A DNA stretch of 63,458 bases, filler included, from an uncultured Methanosarcinales archaeon (lineage in GTDB: Archaea > Nanobdellota > Nanobdellia > Woesearchaeales > CAYXTQ01): the NCBI GenBank assembly GCA_964608065.1. It is 6 parts of 6 records of this genome, joined end to end, with 100 filler letters (N's around TTAATTAATTAA, not from the genome) between each part and the next. Parts side by side here need not be neighbours in the genome. Positions count along the whole stretch, not along the records: positions 1 to 12,058 come from CAZSMA010000047.1; 5 more parts are not named here. One strand, written 5' to 3'. Made by a program: the position numbers and the translations under genes. Below, in pieces: positions 1-10,184 of this stretch (the first letter of the stretch is position 1; every line of letters begins with the position of its first letter). Below the pieces are notes generated by a model. That model was given only the letters and a program-made list of their open reading frames with translations. It was not told the DNA's origin and searched no databases.

Positions 1-1
1 G

Positions 2-766
2 ATGTTTAAAATATTAGTTATTTTTGGCTCTAAATCAGATGAAGATGTTTATAATAAATTAGTTGATAAACTTAGAAAAAGCACTATAGATTATGATTTT
101 AGGATTTGTTCTGCTCATAAAACACCTGAATTACTGGATGAGATATTAAAAACAAAATATGATTTAGTAATAGCAGGAGCTGGGATGTCAGCTGCACTGC
201 CAGGAGTGATAGCTGCAAAAACACCTGCAACTGTGATTGGGATTCCATGCAATGTTGATTTTGATGGATTGGATGCATTATTGTCTATAATGCAGATGCC
301 TCCTGGATTTCCTGTACTTTGTGCTCCAATTAATGGTGAAAGATTTATTGATTTATATTTATTTTTGAAAGCATATGTCTATGTGAATATTGTTGGAGAT
401 AAAGAGAATTCTGTAGTAAAGAAATGTACTGAGTTATTGGACAGATTCAGTACAACATACTCATTTTCAGAGGAATTGGACAAGAACAAAATAAACTTAT
501 ACTTTTTTGATCTGAACAAATACCAGAAATTAAAGAATGATACACAGTATATTGTTATCAATATTCCTATTTTGGAAAAAAGCACTGCAAAGGATGCTCT
601 AAAATTAATTAAAATTGTCAAAAAAGGTTTATGGGTTGGGTTAAATAGCGGAGTTAATGCTGCGATTACCTGCCTGCAGCTTTTGCATAAGAAAACAGAA
701 CTGGAAGAATTAAGAAGAGAATTTCATGATAAGGTTATAAAATCTGATAAGGAGATGGGAATATGA
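2..766 (+). CDS. purE: AIR carboxylase / N5-CAIR mutase (PurE) with a degenerate second PurE-like half
   Basis: Motifs GSKSD, CSAHKTPE, AGAGMSAALPG, VIGIP, GLDALLSIMQMPPG. At 254 aa it is longer than typical PurE. Stop overlaps the purC start. Confidence 0.9.
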   Translation: MFKILVIFGSKSDEDVYNKLVDKLRKSTIDYDFRICSAHKTPELLDEILKTKYDLVIAGAGMSAALPGVIAAKTPATVIGIPCNVDFDGLDALLSIMQMPPGFPVLCAPINGERFIDLYLFLKAYVYVNIVGDKENSVVKKCTELLDRFSTTYSFSEELDKNKINLYFFDLNKYQKLKNDTQYIVINIPILEKSTAKDALKLIKIVKKGLWVGLNSGVNAAITCLQLLHKKTELEELRREFHDKVIKSDKEMGI

Positions 767-1731
767 TATCAGAAGAAGTTCTGAACAATCAGCTGAAAAT
801 TACATTAGGCAAAACAGATTTCTCTGGACTAGGAGAAAAGTATGAGGGAAAAGTAAGGGATAATTACACTAAAGATGGTAAGAGGATTATTATTGTTACA
901 GACAGGATAAGTGCTTTTGACAGAGTATTAACTACAATACCTTTCAAAGGCCAGGTTCTTAATCAGATGGCTGCTTTTTGGTTTGAAAAAACAAAACATA
1001 TTGTAAAAAACCATATGATAGAGGTTCCTGATCCAAATGTTATGGTCACTAAGGAAATAAAGCCATTTCCTGTTGAGATGGTTATAAGAGGATATATAAC
1101 AGGTGTGACAAAAACTTCAGCCTGGTATAATTACAGCAAAGGAAAAAGAAATTTCTGTGGCAATAGATTACCAGGGGGCATGAGAAAAGACCAAAAACTG
1201 GAAGAACCAATATTGACACCAACTACAAAAGGAATGCATGGAGAGCATGATGAAAATATTAGTGTAAAAGAGATTGTTGAAAAAAAATTAATTGATAAAG
1301 AGACTATGGATAAATTAACTGAAATCAGTTTTAAATTGTATGATTTTGGTGTTCAAGTAGCTGCAAAACAAGGAATAATATTAGTAGATACAAAGTATGA
1401 GTTTGGAGAATTAAATGGAGAGATTGTTCTGATGGATGAGATTCATACTCCAGATTCTTCGAGATTCTGGTTTAATGATAATTATGAGGTTTTGTTCAGA
1501 AAAGGAAAAGAACAGAATAAAATAGACAAAGAGTATGTCAGGACATGGCTGGCTAACCAGGGATTTATTGGAGATGGAGAAATCCCTGAAATTCCTGATA
1601 ATGTAAAAGTAGAAGCTGCAAGAAGATATATTGAAGCTTTTGAGTTAGTTACAGGACAGCAATTTACAGCAACAAATGAAGATGTTTTAGAAAGGATTGA
1701 AAGAAATTTAAAAGAGAAAGGTTATATGTGA
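763..1731 (+). CDS. purC: SAICAR synthetase
   Basis: YEGKVRD, TDRISAFD, KGQVLN, TPTTK, LVDTKYEFG, DEIHTPDSSRFW, DKEYVR motifs. Confidence 0.97.
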   Translation: MISEEVLNNQLKITLGKTDFSGLGEKYEGKVRDNYTKDGKRIIIVTDRISAFDRVLTTIPFKGQVLNQMAAFWFEKTKHIVKNHMIEVPDPNVMVTKEIKPFPVEMVIRGYITGVTKTSAWYNYSKGKRNFCGNRLPGGMRKDQKLEEPILTPTTKGMHGEHDENISVKEIVEKKLIDKETMDKLTEISFKLYDFGVQVAAKQGIILVDTKYEFGELNGEIVLMDEIHTPDSSRFWFNDNYEVLFRKGKEQNKIDKEYVRTWLANQGFIGDGEIPEIPDNVKVEAARRYIEAFELVTGQQFTATNEDVLERIERNLKEKGYM

Positions 1732-2273
1732 TGAAAATCATTCTAGAAATACTATGGCTTATGCTGCCTGCTTATAGTGCTAATATGTTTGCAGGTTTGT
1801 TTAGGAACACTCTAAAATTTTTGGGAAAACCTGTTGATATGGGTAAAACATGGAAAGGAAAAAGAATTTTAGGAGAGCATAAGACTTACAGAGGTTTTGT
1901 AGTTGGTGTTTTTTTTGCTATAATCTTTGCATTTTTGCAAAATAGATTATATGCAATTAATTTCTTTAATTCCATAAGTCTTATTGATTATTCAAAAGTA
2001 AGTTTTGTTGCTTTAGGATTTTTTTTAGGTTTTGGAGCTTTGTTAGGAGATTCTGTTGAAAGTTTTTTTAAGAGAAGAATTGGTAAAAAAGAAGGGGAAA
2101 AATGGTTTCCATTTGACCAATTAGACTGGGTTATTGGAAGTTTGGCTTTATTATCATTTATTTATGTTCCTGATGTTTTGTATTTAATAGCAATAGTTGT
2201 TATTTTTCCATTGCTGCATGTGATTATTAATCATATTGCTTTTTATCTTAAGATTAGGGATAAGAAGTGGTAA
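1728..2273 (+). CDS. carS: CDP-archaeol synthase (DUF46/CarS)
   Basis: PAYSANM, PVDMGK...GKRILGEHKTYRG, GDSVESFFKRR, PFDQLD motifs; multi-TM. Confidence 0.88.
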   Translation: MMKIILEILWLMLPAYSANMFAGLFRNTLKFLGKPVDMGKTWKGKRILGEHKTYRGFVVGVFFAIIFAFLQNRLYAINFFNSISLIDYSKVSFVALGFFLGFGALLGDSVESFFKRRIGKKEGEKWFPFDQLDWVIGSLALLSFIYVPDVLYLIAIVVIFPLLHVIINHIAFYLKIRDKKW

Positions 2274-2378
2274 TTGTAACTATTATAAGATAGTATTTTT
2301 CTTTGTAAAAACCAAAAAGTTTATTAATGAGAATGTGATTGGAATTAATAAAATAAAAAACTTAGGTGGGGGATTAAA

Positions 2379-3584
2379 ATTACAAAAAAAATAGGAATAT
2401 TAACCGGTGGAGGAGATTGCGGAGGTTTAAATGCAACAATAGAATCAATAGTACGATCTGCACATACTAAAAGATGGGAAGTTTATGGTATAAAAAAGGG
2501 GTGGGAAGGTTTATTATCAAACAATATGATTCTTTTAAATCCAGAAATTGTGCAAGGTATTCATTCTAAAACAAGCACCGTACTGCAAACTTCAAGAACA
2601 AATCCGTTTAATTATACTGGCAAATTAGATAACAAAGATTTTGAAGAAGCCGATGTTTCACAGTACATTATTGATAACTCAAAGAAAAGAGGACTTGAAG
2701 CAATAATTGCATGCGGTGGAGATGATACATTAAGTGTAATTCAAGATTTGGTAAAAAAATATGGTAATAGTCTTACTTTAATAGGAATCCCTAAAACAAT
2801 GGATGGAGATTTACAAGTTTATAGCTTAGGCCACAATACTGCAATAAATAGAGCTAAAGACGAACTTGAAGACTTTATCCCATTATTAGAAGGAAATGGA
2901 GCTATTGGGATTATTGAACTTTTTGGTAGGGATGTTGGAAGAGTAGCTTTTATGGCAGGTATTTCTGCTGGAGCTGATGTAATACTAATTCCAGAGATAA
3001 AGGTAGACCTTGATTATACCTGTGATTTTATTGCAGATAGATATAATTCAAGGGCAGAGCATAGTAAAAAAAATCCAGGCATATTAACAAATCCATATGT
3101 TTTAATTTCAGTTTCTGAGGGTACTCATGATCCTTTGACAGATAAACGAGTCTATCTAGAGACTGGTACAGACAGTTTTGGTCATGGAAAACTAGGAGGT
3201 ATTGGTGATAAATTAGCAAAACGGATTCATGATAAGTTAAAAGATGATCCAAGAATAAGAAGCCACATAAGTAAAATTGATATAAAGACTAAAAGTCCTA
3301 CATATAGTGTTAGATGCGGACATACTCTATTTTCTGATTCCTACGTTGGTCAGAAGTTAGGGATTGCAGCAGTAGAATATTTGCAGAAAGGTGGAGAATC
3401 TGGAATGGGTATAGTTGACTTTAATGAAGATGGTGAAATTAGGAGGTTGCCTATTAAGGAATTAACCGAACCAAGGCCTGTGAATATGGAAGTTTTAAAA
3501 CACTTTGAAAATAGCGGTTTATATTGTTTTGGTAGAAAGCCTGAAAAAAAAGATTACAAACCAAAGATAGTTAGTGGCAAATAG
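2379..3584 (+). CDS. pfk: 6-phosphofructokinase (PfkA family, PPi-type signature); probable ATT start
   Basis: The frame extends upstream of the tracked ATG (2526) through the conserved KKIGILTGGGDCGGLNA. GGDDT and PKTMDGD motifs. SD-like GGTGGGGG at 2365-2372, in-frame stop at 2349, and no ATG/GTG/TTG before the motif. Confidence 0.9.
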   Translation: MTKKIGILTGGGDCGGLNATIESIVRSAHTKRWEVYGIKKGWEGLLSNNMILLNPEIVQGIHSKTSTVLQTSRTNPFNYTGKLDNKDFEEADVSQYIIDNSKKRGLEAIIACGGDDTLSVIQDLVKKYGNSLTLIGIPKTMDGDLQVYSLGHNTAINRAKDELEDFIPLLEGNGAIGIIELFGRDVGRVAFMAGISAGADVILIPEIKVDLDYTCDFIADRYNSRAEHSKKNPGILTNPYVLISVSEGTHDPLTDKRVYLETGTDSFGHGKLGGIGDKLAKRIHDKLKDDPRIRSHISKIDIKTKSPTYSVRCGHTLFSDSYVGQKLGIAAVEYLQKGGESGMGIVDFNEDGEIRRLPIKELTEPRPVNMEVLKHFENSGLYCFGRKPEKKDYKPKIVSGK

Positions 3585-3648
3585 TTTTTTTTTTTTTTAA
3601 TAACTTTATATATCGTTCTCTAAAACTAAATATTTACTAATTCTACAA

Positions 3649-3666
3649 CCGAAAGGTTTATAAATA
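3649..3666 (+). promoter_or_regulatory. BRE + TATA box upstream of wHTH-purB (likely leaderless)
   Basis: CCGAAAGG-TTTATAAA about 26 nt before ATG 3690; no SD. Confidence 0.65.
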
Positions 3667-3689
3667 ATGAACATTTACTATACAATACC

Positions 3690-5345
3690 ATGGAAATCCA
3701 CAAATTATTTACAAAAAAAAACATAGAAATTTTAAATTTATTGATGAAAGAGAATTTACACATCAGAGATATTGCCAGTAAACTAGGCTGCAGTCCGGCA
3801 AAAGTGCATAATGCTATAAAATTGTTCAAAAAAAATAAAATAATCAATGAGAGAAAACAAAAAAACAGGATTATTATATCGTTGAATAAAGAAAGCCAGT
3901 TATTAAAGGAGATAATGACAATGATAAACAATGATTTTGAATCTGATGAAGAATTTATTGATTTGTATGACAATATTAATCCTCTGGATTTCAGATATTA
4001 TGGAAGGAATAAGAAAGTGTTCAATAAATTACAGCCTTATCTTTCTGAGACTGCAATGATTAATTATATGTGCAAGGTTGAAGCGGCTCTAACAAGGACA
4101 TTAGCTAAAAGAGGGCTTTGTAGTAGGAAAATAGCAGAAGAAGTTACCAGTGCATGTAATAATGTTACAGCTGAGCAAGTTTACAAAGAGGAAGATAAAA
4201 TCAAGCACAATGTAAGGGCATTGGCAAATATGATAAGGAAAAATGTTTCTGATGAAGCAAAACCTTATGTTCACTTTACAACAACAAGCCATGATATAAT
4301 ATGTACTGCAGATGCTGCAAGGTATAAGGATTTTACAAACGAAATCTTATTGCCAGAACTGATTAATTTTGAGAAAACTTTGATAAAATTAGCTTTAAGG
4401 GAGAAAAACACTTTACAGATTGGAAGAACACATGGACAGCATGCTGAGCCAATAACATTCGGATTTGCAGTAGCGCAGTATGTTTCAAGATTAGGCCATA
4501 GGGTTTTAGAAGTAAAAATAAAAGCAAATGATTTAAGGGGCAAGATAGCTGGATCTGTTGGTGCTTATAATGCTTCAAGTTTGTTTTTTAACGATGCTGT
4601 TAAGTTTGAAGAGGAAGTTTTAAAAGAACTTAATTTAAAACCAAGTCCAATTTCAACACAAGTTGTTGAAGCAGAGTATATAACTGATTTTATCCATTCA
4701 ATTATATCATGTTTTGGAGTTTTAGCTAATATAGCAGATGATATGAGGCATTTACAAAGAAGTGAAATAGGAGAAGTTGGTGAAGAGTTTGGTGAAAAAC
4801 AAGTAGGAAGTTCAACAATGCCACAAAAGAGGAATCCTATTAATTTTGAGAATATCAAGTCAATGTGGAAGGCTTTTATGCCTCGTATAATTACTGTGTA
4901 TTCTGACCAAATATCAGAGCATCAGAGAGATTTGACTAATTCAGCAAGTTCAAGATTTATTCCTGAGATTTTAGCTGGTTTGTATGTTTCTACAGTTAGA
5001 TTGAATAAAATAATGTCTAATCTTAGAGTTGATAATGCAAATATGAAGAAAAACTTTGATATGAATAAGGATTTGATTGCAGCAGAGCCATTGTATATAT
5101 TGTTAGCAGCTCATAATCATCCTGATGCTCATGAGCATGTAAGGGAATTAACATTGAAATCTCAGGCAAGTAAGAAGCCATTAAAGATATTAATTAAGGA
5201 AGATAAATCATTAAAACCATATTTGAAAAAATTCACAAAAAAACAATTAGAAATACTGAGCAATCCTGAAAAGTATACTGGGATTGCTTCAAGAAAAGTG
5301 GATGATATTTGTGGGTTTTGGAAGAGAAACTTTTCCAAGTTTTGA
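3690..5345 (+). CDS. purB: Adenylosuccinate lyase with N-terminal winged HTH fusion
   Basis: C-terminal ~460 aa has PLDFRY, HFTTTSHD, GRTHGQHA, GSSTMPQKRNP, QRDLTNSA. First ~85 aa is wHTH-like (LHIRDIASKLGCSPAKVHNAIKLF). Confidence 0.95.
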   Translation: MEIHKLFTKKNIEILNLLMKENLHIRDIASKLGCSPAKVHNAIKLFKKNKIINERKQKNRIIISLNKESQLLKEIMTMINNDFESDEEFIDLYDNINPLDFRYYGRNKKVFNKLQPYLSETAMINYMCKVEAALTRTLAKRGLCSRKIAEEVTSACNNVTAEQVYKEEDKIKHNVRALANMIRKNVSDEAKPYVHFTTTSHDIICTADAARYKDFTNEILLPELINFEKTLIKLALREKNTLQIGRTHGQHAEPITFGFAVAQYVSRLGHRVLEVKIKANDLRGKIAGSVGAYNASSLFFNDAVKFEEEVLKELNLKPSPISTQVVEAEYITDFIHSIISCFGVLANIADDMRHLQRSEIGEVGEEFGEKQVGSSTMPQKRNPINFENIKSMWKAFMPRIITVYSDQISEHQRDLTNSASSRFIPEILAGLYVSTVRLNKIMSNLRVDNANMKKNFDMNKDLIAAEPLYILLAAHNHPDAHEHVRELTLKSQASKKPLKILIKEDKSLKPYLKKFTKKQLEILSNPEKYTGIASRKVDDICGFWKRNFSKF

Positions 5346-5410
5346 TTGAGAAAAGCATGTGTTTATCAAAGTTTGTTATGACTTTGAAGTTTTTAAAGGA
5401 AAAAAAAAAA

Positions 5411-5854
5411 TTATTTCAGTAATGATTTAGCAAAATTTTCGCTTTTTTTTAAATCTTGTTCATTAGGTCTGTCTTTATTCAATCCGCCAATAAGTTTAAG
5501 TGGTCCAAAGGTATCAAAACCTTTGCAGGAAAATTCTTTTACAATTGTAAAACCTTTATTGATTAATTTTTTTCTTAATGAATTATGGTTAGAAATTGAA
5601 GGAGCTCCTGCAGTTGAGAAAATGAATGCTTTTTTATTTAATGTTGGAAGTTTATTTGCAAGTTTTAGCAAGGATCTGTGGTGTCTCCAAGCATATATTC
5701 CAGAACCAAAGCCAATCAAATCATATTCTTTAAGCGTGTTTACATCTACTTCATTTGTTTTTAATAAAGTTGCATTAAGAACTTTAGCAATTACTTTAGC
5801 TATTTTTTCAGTATTTCCGTGGTGTACAGAAGTGTAAATGATTAGGGTTTTCAT
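5411..5854 (-). CDS. Flavodoxin family protein
   Basis: IIYTSVHHGNTEKIA, IGFGSGIY, CKGFDTFGP, RPNEQDL. Confidence 0.9.
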   Translation of the reverse strand: MKTLIIYTSVHHGNTEKIAKVIAKVLNATLLKTNEVDVNTLKEYDLIGFGSGIYAWRHHRSLLKLANKLPTLNKKAFIFSTAGAPSISNHNSLRKKLINKGFTIVKEFSCKGFDTFGPLKLIGGLNKDRPNEQDLKKSENFAKSLLK

Positions 5855-6978
5855 GTAAGAATCAAATCTAACTGACCTTCATCTACTGCTTTCTTAATTT
5901 CCATAGCTATTCTTTCACCATAGCTTATGGAATCCATGTATAAATAGCCAGTGTGTGGTGTAAAACGGGTTCCTGGTGAGCCTGGAATCCTCATTGAAAC
6001 ATCAAAAATAACAATCTCTTCTTTTCCTTTTTCAGCTGCAATTGCACCTTGTAATGCGAAAGGTCCTATAATTCCTGGAGGGTTTTCTTTTTTGCATGCT
6101 GCAATGAATTTTTCTCCAGCTTCATAAACTTTTTCTATGATAGATTCTTTTGTTGTGACATTATAATGTCCTGTTTCAATTAATTTTGGCTTTAGATATT
6201 TTAGAACAACTAATTGTTCTGAAGCTGGAAGTCTAAGTAAACCGTCTAAATTGGTCTGCCTTCTTGTATCTGTTCCCATTAGCTCTAGTTCTTCTGTTAA
6301 TGGTGAGTAGAAAAAATTAAAATTGACCTGAGCTCCAACTATAAATTCTTCAATTACAGCTTTGTCTAAAGCTTGTTTTGTTATTATTTTTTTCTTTAAA
6401 TATTCTTCTGATTTTTCCTTGAAAGATTTGTGATTATTGCAGAAAAAGAATGCTCTTTCATAACATCTAATTGCTTCATTGACTTTAACAATAACTAATC
6501 TGTCTATCTGTTTTGAGTTTTTGAAAATCTTTGGGATTCTGATTCCAGCTTTTTGCAGTAAATAATATTGATTTTTAGGAACATCTCTTTCCTCTAACTT
6601 CAGCATATTTCTTGTTCCGAAAATAGGTACTGGAAATTTATTTTCTATATTTTTAAAATCAAAATACACCCAGAAATATCTGTTATGGATGAAGATTGTG
6701 TTCTTTTCCTGCAGTTGTTTAACAACGCTTTTTTTTGTTATATCTGAAAATTTGTTTAGGATGATTGTTTCGTCTATTATTCCTTTGTCATCCCTTGTTT
6801 TATAGTATTTATCATAAGTTTTTTCCCTTCCTTTTTGACAGACAGCTAATGTCTTGAAACCAAGTTTTTTTGCTCCTCTGCAGACATCCAAAGCAGAATG
6901 GCCTCCAAGAACTCCAATAGTTATGTCACCTAAATCATAGTTTTCTATTATTTTTTTTATGTCTTTTTGAGTTATCAT
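5851..6978 (-). CDS. purP: PurP-family ATP-grasp protein (DUF1246/DUF1297), second paralog
   Basis: [38 protein letters not shown]; adjacent to the other purP. Confidence 0.85.
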   Translation of the reverse strand: MITQKDIKKIIENYDLGDITIGVLGGHSALDVCRGAKKLGFKTLAVCQKGREKTYDKYYKTRDDKGIIDETIILNKFSDITKKSVVKQLQEKNTIFIHNRYFWVYFDFKNIENKFPVPIFGTRNMLKLEERDVPKNQYYLLQKAGIRIPKIFKNSKQIDRLVIVKVNEAIRCYERAFFFCNNHKSFKEKSEEYLKKKIITKQALDKAVIEEFIVGAQVNFNFFYSPLTEELELMGTDTRRQTNLDGLLRLPASEQLVVLKYLKPKLIETGHYNVTTKESIIEKVYEAGEKFIAACKKENPPGIIGPFALQGAIAAEKGKEEIVIFDVSMRIPGSPGTRFTPHTGYLYMDSISYGERIAMEIKKAVDEGQLDLILT

Positions 6979-7997
6979 GATAAAACCTTGTCTAATTTGT
7001 TCTGTTTTATAGCTAATTTTATTTCTCTTGCTATCCTCCTGCCTGTGCTCATTGGTTCATTGTATTTTAACCAAGTGTATGGAGAACCATTGATATAAGG
7101 GTTAGTTCCTGCTACTATTCTGGCTGAGATTTCGAAAGTTACTATCTCTTTTTCTGGAGTCATTATAGTTTCCATGCAGAATGGTCCAAATAAACCAGGA
7201 GGTGCGATTTCCTTACTTACTTTTACAACATTTTCTGCTTCACTAATAAATTTTGGTAAAAATGATTCTCTAACAACTAATGGAATATTTCCTACAATAA
7301 CATAACTTGGGTCAACTTGTTCCTTAGGTAATGCCATCTGATCTCTAGCTGAGATTCTTCCTAAACTATCTACATTGCTTTCATATCTTTTGTCAAAACC
7401 CATTAATTCTGTTTCGTTTGTTAACGGGCTATGGAAATAATGGGAAAACATAGGAACTCCAAGGATGTATTCCTGAATAACGTATTTTTTACTTTGTGGA
7501 TGTAATCTAATTTTCTTTTTGAAGTCACTGTGGTTCTTAGCCAGGAAATAACCCATACCGCCACCAGCACCATGGAATTTAACTATGACAGGCCTATCAA
7601 TATCTCTTGGGTTTTTGAACATCATTGGAAGCATTAGTCCAGCTTGTTTTAGCCATTTTCTTTCCATATTTCTATTAGATTCCCATTGTAATATTTTTTT
7701 GTTTCCAAAATAAGGGACTTTTAGTTTTTCTATACGATCCTGACCCATATAAGCAATAAAAGAAGCATGTGGAATTAAGATAGCGTTCTCTTTTAATAAT
7801 AGATTTTGAGTTTTTTCAAAATCTTTATAGCTGTTTATTGTGATTATTTTGTCAGCAACTTTGAATTGCCTGTATGGAGCTTCGTTTCCTTTAACACAAA
7901 CAACAATTGTAGAAAATCCTTCGTCTTTCGCTCCTTTGAGTATTTGCAACGCAGAATGGCTTCCTAAAGTAGCTATTTTATAATTTCTTGCCCCCAT
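6975..7997 (-). CDS. purP: FAICAR synthetase (formate-dependent AICAR formyltransferase)
   Basis: [59 protein letters not shown]. Confidence 0.95.
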   Translation of the reverse strand: MGARNYKIATLGSHSALQILKGAKDEGFSTIVVCVKGNEAPYRQFKVADKIITINSYKDFEKTQNLLLKENAILIPHASFIAYMGQDRIEKLKVPYFGNKKILQWESNRNMERKWLKQAGLMLPMMFKNPRDIDRPVIVKFHGAGGGMGYFLAKNHSDFKKKIRLHPQSKKYVIQEYILGVPMFSHYFHSPLTNETELMGFDKRYESNVDSLGRISARDQMALPKEQVDPSYVIVGNIPLVVRESFLPKFISEAENVVKVSKEIAPPGLFGPFCMETIMTPEKEIVTFEISARIVAGTNPYINGSPYTWLKYNEPMSTGRRIAREIKLAIKQNKLDKVLS

Positions 7998-8115
7998 TTT
8001 GTAACCTATAGGTTGTGGGTATATTTAAAGGTTTCTATAGGATAAGCTTTTTGGAATCTAAAATTAATTATTTTGTCTAAGATAGTGTTCTCCTACTTTT
8101 TTACTTTTCAAAAGA

Positions 8116-8592
8116 TTAGACTAAGTATTTATTTGCTATTTTTTTTATATTTGGATCTAACAGATAAGTCATTGAATCAACTATCTTTTCTATACCAACT
8201 TCCTTAGCTGAGTTTACTGGGAATTTTTTTTTGATTTTCCATATTTCACCAAGCCCAAAATCATTATGTATTTCATTATCTCCCTGAGGGTAACCCCTAT
8301 GCGCTAACTTAACTTCTTTAAGAGTTGCATTCTTACCTTCATAAAAGACAGAAAAATCACCAAATAACCCTATATCTCCATAATTTTCTATACCTTTACA
8401 ATATTCTTCTTTTTTTACAGGATTTCTTACAAATAAATTCTCAAATTTAACAGTACACGAATCATCTGGTAAAGAAAACTTAATTACATCATCTAGTTTT
8501 TGTTCAGTTAATTTAATAGGAGGCTTATATCCTGAGACATACTTATCAAACTCATTTTCAACCATTCCTGCAACTACTTTAAAAATATTCAT
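8116..8592 (-). CDS. Hypothetical protein
   Basis: 158-aa ORF with SD AGGTG upstream; no recognised family. Confidence 0.7.
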   Translation of the reverse strand: MNIFKVVAGMVENEFDKYVSGYKPPIKLTEQKLDDVIKFSLPDDSCTVKFENLFVRNPVKKEEYCKGIENYGDIGLFGDFSVFYEGKNATLKEVKLAHRGYPQGDNEIHNDFGLGEIWKIKKKFPVNSAKEVGIEKIVDSMTYLLDPNIKKIANKYLV

Positions 8593-8774
8593 TTTAACTT
8601 AACACCTAAAATACAAGATAGTATATAAACTTTTTTATTATACCTACTCCAAAAAGGTAAATAATCAGGGTATTTTACTATAGATCTGATGAGCCAAAAA
8701 TATTTAAATTCTCTTAGAACAAAATAACAGAAAACTATATAAACTAATTAATTCTAAATTCGTAAGGTGATAGA

Positions 8775-10184
8775 ATGACTGTTACTGTTGTAACTGGAAT
8801 GCAGACTGGAGATGAAGGAAAAGGCAAGCTTATTGATATTTTAGCAGAAAAATCAGATATTATTCTAAGGTTTCAAGGCGGTAATAATGCTGGCCACACT
8901 ATTGTTGTTGATGGTGAGCAATTTATATTTCATTTGCTGCCTTCTGGTGTTTTGTATGATAATAATATATTAGGAATAGGTGCTGGTGTAGTTGCAGACC
9001 TAATACAATTAGATAGAGAAGTCAAAGAAGTTGAGAAAAGAAAAAATTTTGACAGGAAAAGCCTAATTCTAGACGAAAAATTACAATTACTTTTCCCTTA
9101 TCACAGGATAATGGATATGGCAGAAGAGCATGCAAGAGAAGTTAAAATAGGAACTACAGCTCGTGGCATAGGTCCTTGCTATGAAGATGAAGTTGCAAGA
9201 AATGCTGTTTATGCTTATATGCTTAAAGACAAAAAGCAGTTTGCAGAAGCAGTAAAAATGCACTGTAAGGAAAAATTAGCATTAATAAAACATGTTTATA
9301 ATGTTGATGAAAAAACATTCAAAGGTTTTTTTCAAACTTTAAAAGAAGTAGAACTTAGAGAAAATAAACATCAGTTAAAAATGGGAATTGTAACTGAAGA
9401 AGAGCTTGATTACACAGTATTTTGTAAGGGTTTTTCTTTTAATGTTGATGAAATCATTAAAGTTTATTGGGAAATTGGGCAAAAGTTCTTAAAAAATATT
9501 CAAAATTTAAGCTTATTTGTAAATAAAGCAATTAATGAAAATAAAGAACTTCTGTTTGAAGGAGCACAAGGTCGTGAGTTGGATAAAAGATTTGGTTGTC
9601 TGCCTTCTGTCACTAGTTCTCATACTATTGCTTCAGAAGCATGTAGTGGAATTGGTTTTTCTCCAAAAAAGATTGATAAAATTTTAGGTGTATGTAAAGC
9701 TTATACAACTAAGGTTGGAAAACATGTTTTTCCAGTTGAGATTGATGTTAACACTGAAATTGCTAAAAAACTAAGAAGATTTGAGTTTGGAGCAACAACT
9801 GGCAGGCAAAGGATGGTTGGATGGTTTGACATGGTACAGGCCAGAACTTCTCAATTGATTAATGGATATACAGAGTTAGCTATTATGAAAATAGATTTGT
9901 TTTCAGGAGCAAAAGAGATAAAGATAGCTATGAAATATAATTATAAGGGGGAAGGGTATTTATTTTCTCCAGCAGACCCAAATATTATGAGAAACTGCAA
10001 GATTGAGTATAAGACATTTAAAGGCTGGGAAAAAGATATTACTAACTGCAGGAAATTTGATGATTTACCAAAACAAGCTCAGGAATATGTCAGATTTATA
10101 GAAAAAGAAATGAGTAAAGTTTCTCCAGTTAAATTAAAATATGTTTCTGTTGGTCCAGGAAGAGAGCAGACTATTGTCCTGTAA
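8775..10184 (+). CDS. purA: Adenylosuccinate synthetase
   Basis: QTGDEGKGK, GGNNAGHT, HLLPSG, IGTTARGIGP, FEGAQG, GATTGRQR, VSVGPGREQ; SD AGGTGA. Confidence 0.96.
   Translation: MTVTVVTGMQTGDEGKGKLIDILAEKSDIILRFQGGNNAGHTIVVDGEQFIFHLLPSGVLYDNNILGIGAGVVADLIQLDREVKEVEKRKNFDRKSLILDEKLQLLFPYHRIMDMAEEHAREVKIGTTARGIGPCYEDEVARNAVYAYMLKDKKQFAEAVKMHCKEKLALIKHVYNVDEKTFKGFFQTLKEVELRENKHQLKMGIVTEEELDYTVFCKGFSFNVDEIIKVYWEIGQKFLKNIQNLSLFVNKAINENKELLFEGAQGRELDKRFGCLPSVTSSHTIASEACSGIGFSPKKIDKILGVCKAYTTKVGKHVFPVEIDVNTEIAKKLRRFEFGATTGRQRMVGWFDMVQARTSQLINGYTELAIMKIDLFSGAKEIKIAMKYNYKGEGYLFSPADPNIMRNCKIEYKTFKGWEKDITNCRKFDDLPKQAQEYVRFIEKEMSKVSPVKLKYVSVGPGREQTIVL

Noticed and set aside
5318..5338. TTGGAAGAG-AAA-CTTTTCCAA triloop hairpin at the purB 3' end
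   Set aside because: Same loop geometry as the family but a different stem and single copy. It may be chance or terminator-related, so it was not counted.
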